Shown here piece after piece: positions 24,077 to 27,508 of a DNA stretch of 27,508 bases (positions are counted from its first letter, which is position 1; every line of letters starts with the position of its first letter). This DNA comes from an uncultured Candidatus Saccharibacteria bacterium (lineage in GTDB: Bacteria; Patescibacteriota; Minisyncoccia; UBA6257; CAYSDW01): the NCBI GenBank assembly GCA_964623795.1, contig CAZUVI010000001.1, forward strand, positions 8,315 through 35,822, written 5' to 3'. A program made the translations under genes and the position numbers. The notes beneath the pieces were generated by a model. The model was not told the DNA's origin, searched no databases, and was given only the letters and a program-made list of their open reading frames with translations.

Positions 24077-24319
24077 ATGGAAAACAAAAACAAGATGATG
24101 TGGGTCTGGGTGGTCGTAGGCGCACTTGTGGTCGCCGGTCTCTGGTGGTACGCCTACTACCAGCCGTGGTATCAGGCACCTGGAGCGCAACCGCAGGCGG
24201 CTGAGCCGCTCTCCGGCGGCGACACAACTGCGGATATCACCGAGGACTTCAACGCCGTCGATCTCGGCGACATCGACAAGGACCTCCAGCAGCTCGACGC
24301 CGACATAGAACAGCTCTAA
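24077..24319 (+). CDS. Small single-pass membrane protein (80 aa) with acidic amphipathic tail
   Basis: KNK-TM-YYQPWY...DLGDIDKDLQQLDADIEQL; followed by a terminator. Confidence 0.7.
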   Translation: MENKNKMMWVWVVVGALVVAGLWWYAYYQPWYQAPGAQPQAAEPLSGGDTTADITEDFNAVDLGDIDKDLQQLDADIEQL

Positions 24320-24334
24320 GCCGTTCTCCACTGC

Positions 24335-24361
24335 AAAATACCGCCTTCTGGGCGGTATTTT
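24335..24361. terminator. Bidirectional intrinsic terminator
   Basis: AAAATACCGCC-TTCTG-GGCGGTATTTT between the convergent 24319 and msrB stops. Confidence 0.8.
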
Positions 24362-24364
24362 GTT

Positions 24365-24799
24365 TTACTTCTTATTCTCAAAACCGAGGCAGACGGAGTT
24401 GATACAGTATCTCTTTCCGGTCTTGTCTTTCGGACCGTCGTCAAAAACGTGGCCGAGGTGCGCTCCGCACTTCGCGCATACCACCTCCGTGCGGACCATG
24501 CTTGCCCGTCCGAAGCCATCAGGCGAAGGAGGGCCGCCGCTCGTGTCCTCGCGATACTCGATGCTGTCCTCGTGGGCCGGCGCCCAGAAGCTCGGCCAAC
24601 CGGTTCCGGATTCGAATTTCGTGTCGGAGGAGAAGAGCTCGTTGCCGCACCCGGCGCAGAGATACATGCCCGTTTCTTTGTTCTGCAGCAGTTTTCCCGA
24701 GAACGGCGTCTCCGTGCCTTTCTCGCGCATCACGCGATACTGTTCCGGCGCGAGCTCTTTTTCCCACTCCTTCTCGGTTTTAACAATTTTTTCGTCCAC
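24365..24799 (-). CDS. msrB: Peptide-methionine (R)-S-oxide reductase
   Basis: TETPFSG, CxxC pairs (CAGC, CAKC), [27 protein letters not shown] start; contains an in-frame insertion. Confidence 0.95.
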   Translation of the reverse strand: MDEKIVKTEKEWEKELAPEQYRVMREKGTETPFSGKLLQNKETGMYLCAGCGNELFSSDTKFESGTGWPSFWAPAHEDSIEYREDTSGGPPSPDGFGRASMVRTEVVCAKCGAHLGHVFDDGPKDKTGKRYCINSVCLGFENKK

Positions 24800-24811
24800 A
24801 AGGGTACCTCT

Positions 24812-25387
24812 TTAAAAAAGATTGAAAAGGCCGATCGTTCCCGTGGCATAGAGCGAGTTGAACGCGAGGTTGCCGGCAAAGGCGATGGGCAGGATCTGGA
24901 GGAACCGGTAGCCGAGGAGCCCGAGCGGCACGACGAGTATCTCGTTCGGAAGCGGCACGAAGGCGGCAAAGAGGAAAAACGCCGTGAGCGGCGCCCAGTG
25001 GTAACGTTCGCGGACACGCTCCAGCCGGAGGATGAGCCGTTCCTCGAAGGCGTAGGCAAGGACATGCCGTCCGATGCGGCCTGCAAAATAGGCGACGCTG
25101 TCCGCCAAACTCACGCCTGCCGCGATGACGAGGATCGTGGGGAGAAAGCTCAACCCGGAGGTAAGGAAGAGGGGCAGGAAAGCGATGGCCGGCACCGGGA
25201 CGACGAGATTGAAGCCGCTCACGACGGACACGACGAAGATGCCCGCGTAGCCGTAGGCCGCGACGATCTCCTGAACCGCTCCGTTCCCTTGGGCCAGGCG
25301 CGCGAGATAGAACGCGAGTGCGATGACCGCGATGAGGGCCACGCTCTGGACCGAGATGCGCAAAGTTTTTCTCCGGATGTTGTTCAT
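24812..25387 (-). CDS. DedA/VTT (SNARE-associated) family membrane protein
   Basis: YGYAGIFVVSVVSG-x-VVPVPA, SLADSVAYFAGR, FVPLPNEILVVPLGLLGY. ATGA-coupled to msrA. Confidence 0.75.
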   Translation of the reverse strand: MNNIRRKTLRISVQSVALIAVIALAFYLARLAQGNGAVQEIVAAYGYAGIFVVSVVSGFNLVVPVPAIAFLPLFLTSGLSFLPTILVIAAGVSLADSVAYFAGRIGRHVLAYAFEERLILRLERVRERYHWAPLTAFFLFAAFVPLPNEILVVPLGLLGYRFLQILPIAFAGNLAFNSLYATGTIGLFNLF

Positions 25388-25947
25388 TGCTGGCCGTGGG
25401 TCTTGAGGAGGTCCGCAAACTCCTTTTGGAGCTTCTGTACTTTCGGTTCGATGACGACCTGGCAGTAGGGCTGGTCCGGGTTCTTTTTGAAATATTCGCG
25501 GTGCTCGTCCTCGGCTGGGTAAAAAGCGTCGAGCGGCTTCACCTCCGTGACGACCGGCTTGCCGCGCGGGTCACGGGCGGAGAGCTTTTTGATGAACCTT
25601 TCCGCTTCGCGCTTCTGTTCATCGGTCGTGTAAAAGATGACGGAACGGTACTGCGTTCCCGTATCCGGCCCTTGGCGGTTCATGGTCGTGGGGTCATGGG
25701 TGGCGAAAAAGACGGTGAGAAGGTCGTGGTAGGTGATCTCGTTCGGATCGAACTCTATTTGTATGACCTCGGCGTGCCCCGTGTTGCCCGCGGATACCTG
25801 CTCGTAGGTCGGGTTCCGGGTGATGCCTCCTGCGTAGCCGGGCATCACCGAGCTGACGCCGCGGAGTTCCCTAAAGACCGCCTCCGTGCACCAAAAGCAT
25901 CCGCCTCCAAAAACTGCGACCTCCGTTTTCTCCGGCGTTAGAACCAT
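25384..25947 (-). CDS. msrA: Peptide-methionine (S)-S-oxide reductase
   Basis: GGGCFWCTE, GYAGG, TGHAE, HDPT-NRQG-D-GTQYRS, FYPAEDEHREY, PYCQVVI. Start ATG 25947. Confidence 0.96.
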   Translation of the reverse strand: MVLTPEKTEVAVFGGGCFWCTEAVFRELRGVSSVMPGYAGGITRNPTYEQVSAGNTGHAEVIQIEFDPNEITYHDLLTVFFATHDPTTMNRQGPDTGTQYRSVIFYTTDEQKREAERFIKKLSARDPRGKPVVTEVKPLDAFYPAEDEHREYFKKNPDQPYCQVVIEPKVQKLQKEFADLLKTHGQQ

Positions 25948-26150
25948 AGCGCTTGAATGGCCGGCAGTGCCGCGCCAACGATGAACCAAGGGAGCGTGGC
26001 CATGGAGAAGAGGAACGCCAGGGCCTGGCCTAAGCCGAGTTCGCGCGCCGCTTCGGGAAGGGCATCCGCAAGAGCGGTGCCGAAGAAGATGCCGGAGGCG
26101 AGAATAGGAAGGATTGCTTTCAAGTTCTGCCAATCCATTTTCTGGGTCAT
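25938..26150 (-). CDS. 70-aa membrane protein with a ZIP (ZupT)-like TM2 motif; fragment or mini-protein
   Basis: ASGIFFGTALADALPEA resembles the ZIP-family pattern A(A/S)GxxLGxAFxxLLPEA; overlaps the msrA start by 10 nt. Confidence 0.45.
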   Translation of the reverse strand: MTQKMDWQNLKAILPILASGIFFGTALADALPEAARELGLGQALAFLFSMATLPWFIVGAALPAIQALWF

Positions 26151-26257
26151 GTGCTCATTCTACCAGAAACGTTGACCATGTAAGCTGTTTTATGTTAGAA
26201 ATATCGCCAGCTCATTCCACTTCGATTAATTATCGCAGTGTACAAGGAGAAAATGGA

Positions 26258-26920
26258 ATGCGTGTCCGCACCCTACTCATGGTGCTCGCCCTCGTCTTCG
26301 CCGCCGTGCCGCAGTCTGCAGCCGCGCTCTCGAAGGACGCCAAGCAGGAGGTCGCGAATCTACAGCAGCAGCTCAACGCCCTGGGCGACGAGTACGTCGC
26401 GCTCGATGCCACGCGCGCCTCGATCGTGGCCGAGGAGCAGCGTCTCAAGGACGTCGACGAGCTCCTGAAGGGCGCCGTTGCCCGCTACCAGCGCAACACG
26501 GAGGAGCGCAACCAGCGCATCGCTGCGCAGCAGGCGGAGGTGGTAAACCACAACGGGCGCTGCTCGGGCACTTTCTCGGACCGGAACTTCGTGGCCCAGT
26601 GCAACGCCGAGGCCGCCCAGTTGAACGCCCGTAAGGCTCAGCTGATCGCCGAAGTCGAAACTGGCCGACAGATGAAGCAGGGCCTTGAGGAGCGGATCCA
26701 GGGCCTCTCCCAGGGTACGCTCGAGTGGGCGCAGAAGGTGAAGGCCCACAACGGCAAGCTCGAGGACCTGAACGGGCGGAGGCAGGTATTCCTCAACCGC
26801 ATCAACGCGGTCCTCGAGGATCTGAAGACGCGCGAGCGGATCAGCGTTTCCTGCGTTGGCATGGCCGATCTCGAATCGGCGCATCGCTGTCTCCAGCGGG
26901 TGTGGGACGGAGCGAAGTAG
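26258..26920 (+). CDS. Secreted coiled-coil protein with two Cys pairs, unknown function
   Basis: Signal peptide MRVRTLLMVLALVFAAVPQSAAA, long heptad helices, C-x10-C and C-x11-C; AAGGAG SD 8 nt upstream. Confidence 0.75.
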   Translation: MRVRTLLMVLALVFAAVPQSAAALSKDAKQEVANLQQQLNALGDEYVALDATRASIVAEEQRLKDVDELLKGAVARYQRNTEERNQRIAAQQAEVVNHNGRCSGTFSDRNFVAQCNAEAAQLNARKAQLIAEVETGRQMKQGLEERIQGLSQGTLEWAQKVKAHNGKLEDLNGRRQVFLNRINAVLEDLKTRERISVSCVGMADLESAHRCLQRVWDGAK

Positions 26921-26942
26921 CCCCATACGCAAGGCACATTAT

Positions 26943-26978
26943 ACAAGCGGACCCCCATGGGCCCGCTTGTTCCTTTTT
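26943..26978 (+). terminator. Intrinsic terminator of the 26258 gene
   Basis: ACAAGCGG...CCGCTTGT stem followed by TCCTTTTT. Confidence 0.6.
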
Positions 26979-26980
26979 AT

Positions 26981-27014
26981 GAAAAGCGAAGGCGGGCACC
27001 AAGGGGTGCCCGCC
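26981..27014 (-). terminator. Intrinsic terminator of the 27410 gene
   Basis: GGCGGGCACC-CCTT-GGTGCCCGCC followed by TTCGCTTTTC on the minus strand. Confidence 0.65.
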
Positions 27015-27020
27015 GGGTCG

Positions 27021-27410
27021 TTACGGCAGCGCCACGCGGAGCTTCCGCTCCACTTCATCGAGGGTCTGCTGTTCCTCGAAGAGCAGGGAGGCGAGGGCCG
27101 GCAGGAAGGCCTTCTCCCAGGCCTGCGCCAGCGGGAAGGTCCTCGGAAGCTCGCCGACGAAGTTGCGCGCACGAATGCGGAGCTCGTCCGGCGCGACATC
27201 GTGGAAGTAGATCGTCGCCACGAACTTGCCGTGCCGCCGGAACTCGCAGAAGAGGTCGGAGATGCTGTCGAACTTGATGCTCACGCCGCCCAGGTGCCGG
27301 TGCATGCGGAGCGCCAGGTTCCGGCAGTACTCCCAGTGGGGGAGCATGTCCCGGCTGATCCGGCATCCTTCGGCGATGATGATCGTAAGCTCCTTCTCGC
27401 GGTCGCCCAT
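27021..27410 (-). CDS. Hypothetical protein (129 aa)
   Basis: GGAGG SD 7 nt upstream, its own promoter and terminator; no family recognised. Confidence 0.7.
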   Translation of the reverse strand: MGDREKELTIIIAEGCRISRDMLPHWEYCRNLALRMHRHLGGVSIKFDSISDLFCEFRRHGKFVATIYFHDVAPDELRIRARNFVGELPRTFPLAQAWEKAFLPALASLLFEEQQTLDEVERKLRVALP

Positions 27411-27473
27411 GTGCTGCCTCCATTGCCGCTTGGGTTCGTTCCCTGCGGCTCACGGGGTGAGTTGCTGCCGAAG

Positions 27474-27502
27474 ATAATACAATAAAACTTAAGGGTTGTA
27501 AA
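27474..27502 (-). promoter_or_regulatory. Sigma70-type promoter of the 27410 gene
   Basis: TTTACA-17 nt (ending in TG)-TATTAT on the minus strand. Confidence 0.7.
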
Positions 27503-27508
27503 GAGAAG

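Noticed and set aside
27411-27470. Fluoride or other known riboswitch in the leader (GGCAATGGAG)
   Set aside because: The resemblance is limited to a few bases that overlap the SD; downstream consensus elements are missing.

Overview
A ~27.5 kb, gene-dense, GC-rich bacterial chromosomal segment using genetic code 11 (TGA is a stop). It holds mostly housekeeping genes: map (3' end), GT2, greA, lysS, serS, alr, ftsQ-like, two GT-C/ArnT-like glycosyltransferases, mpg, an ABC exporter, ychF, a VirD4/TraD-like ATPase with an upstream partner, a GNAT, ndh, pgk, a DHH phosphoesterase, RNase H, SemiSWEET, nth and msrA-dedA-msrB. The gene set, shortened proteins and scarcity of Shine-Dalgarno (SD) sites suggest Patescibacteria/Parcubacteria (CPR); this is inference, not a database result. 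The most interesting signals are non-coding and absent from the ORF track. (1) Two 144-bp dispersed elements (12081, 16544) are 87.5% identical with five compensatory base-pair changes in their outer stem; a third nested-palindrome element with similar termini lies at 1351. (2) Related micro-hairpins are inserted in-frame in lysS and msrB. (3) A promoter-driven ~173-nt rod-shaped ncRNA (6S-like or new) lies at 6252. (4) An atypical RNase P RNA lies at 21230-21579 on the minus strand. (5) A perfect 38-bp AT-rich palindrome lies at 22465. (6) Three divergent gene pairs share near-leaderless promoters. No CRISPR array, tRNA, rRNA, transposase or integrase was found.
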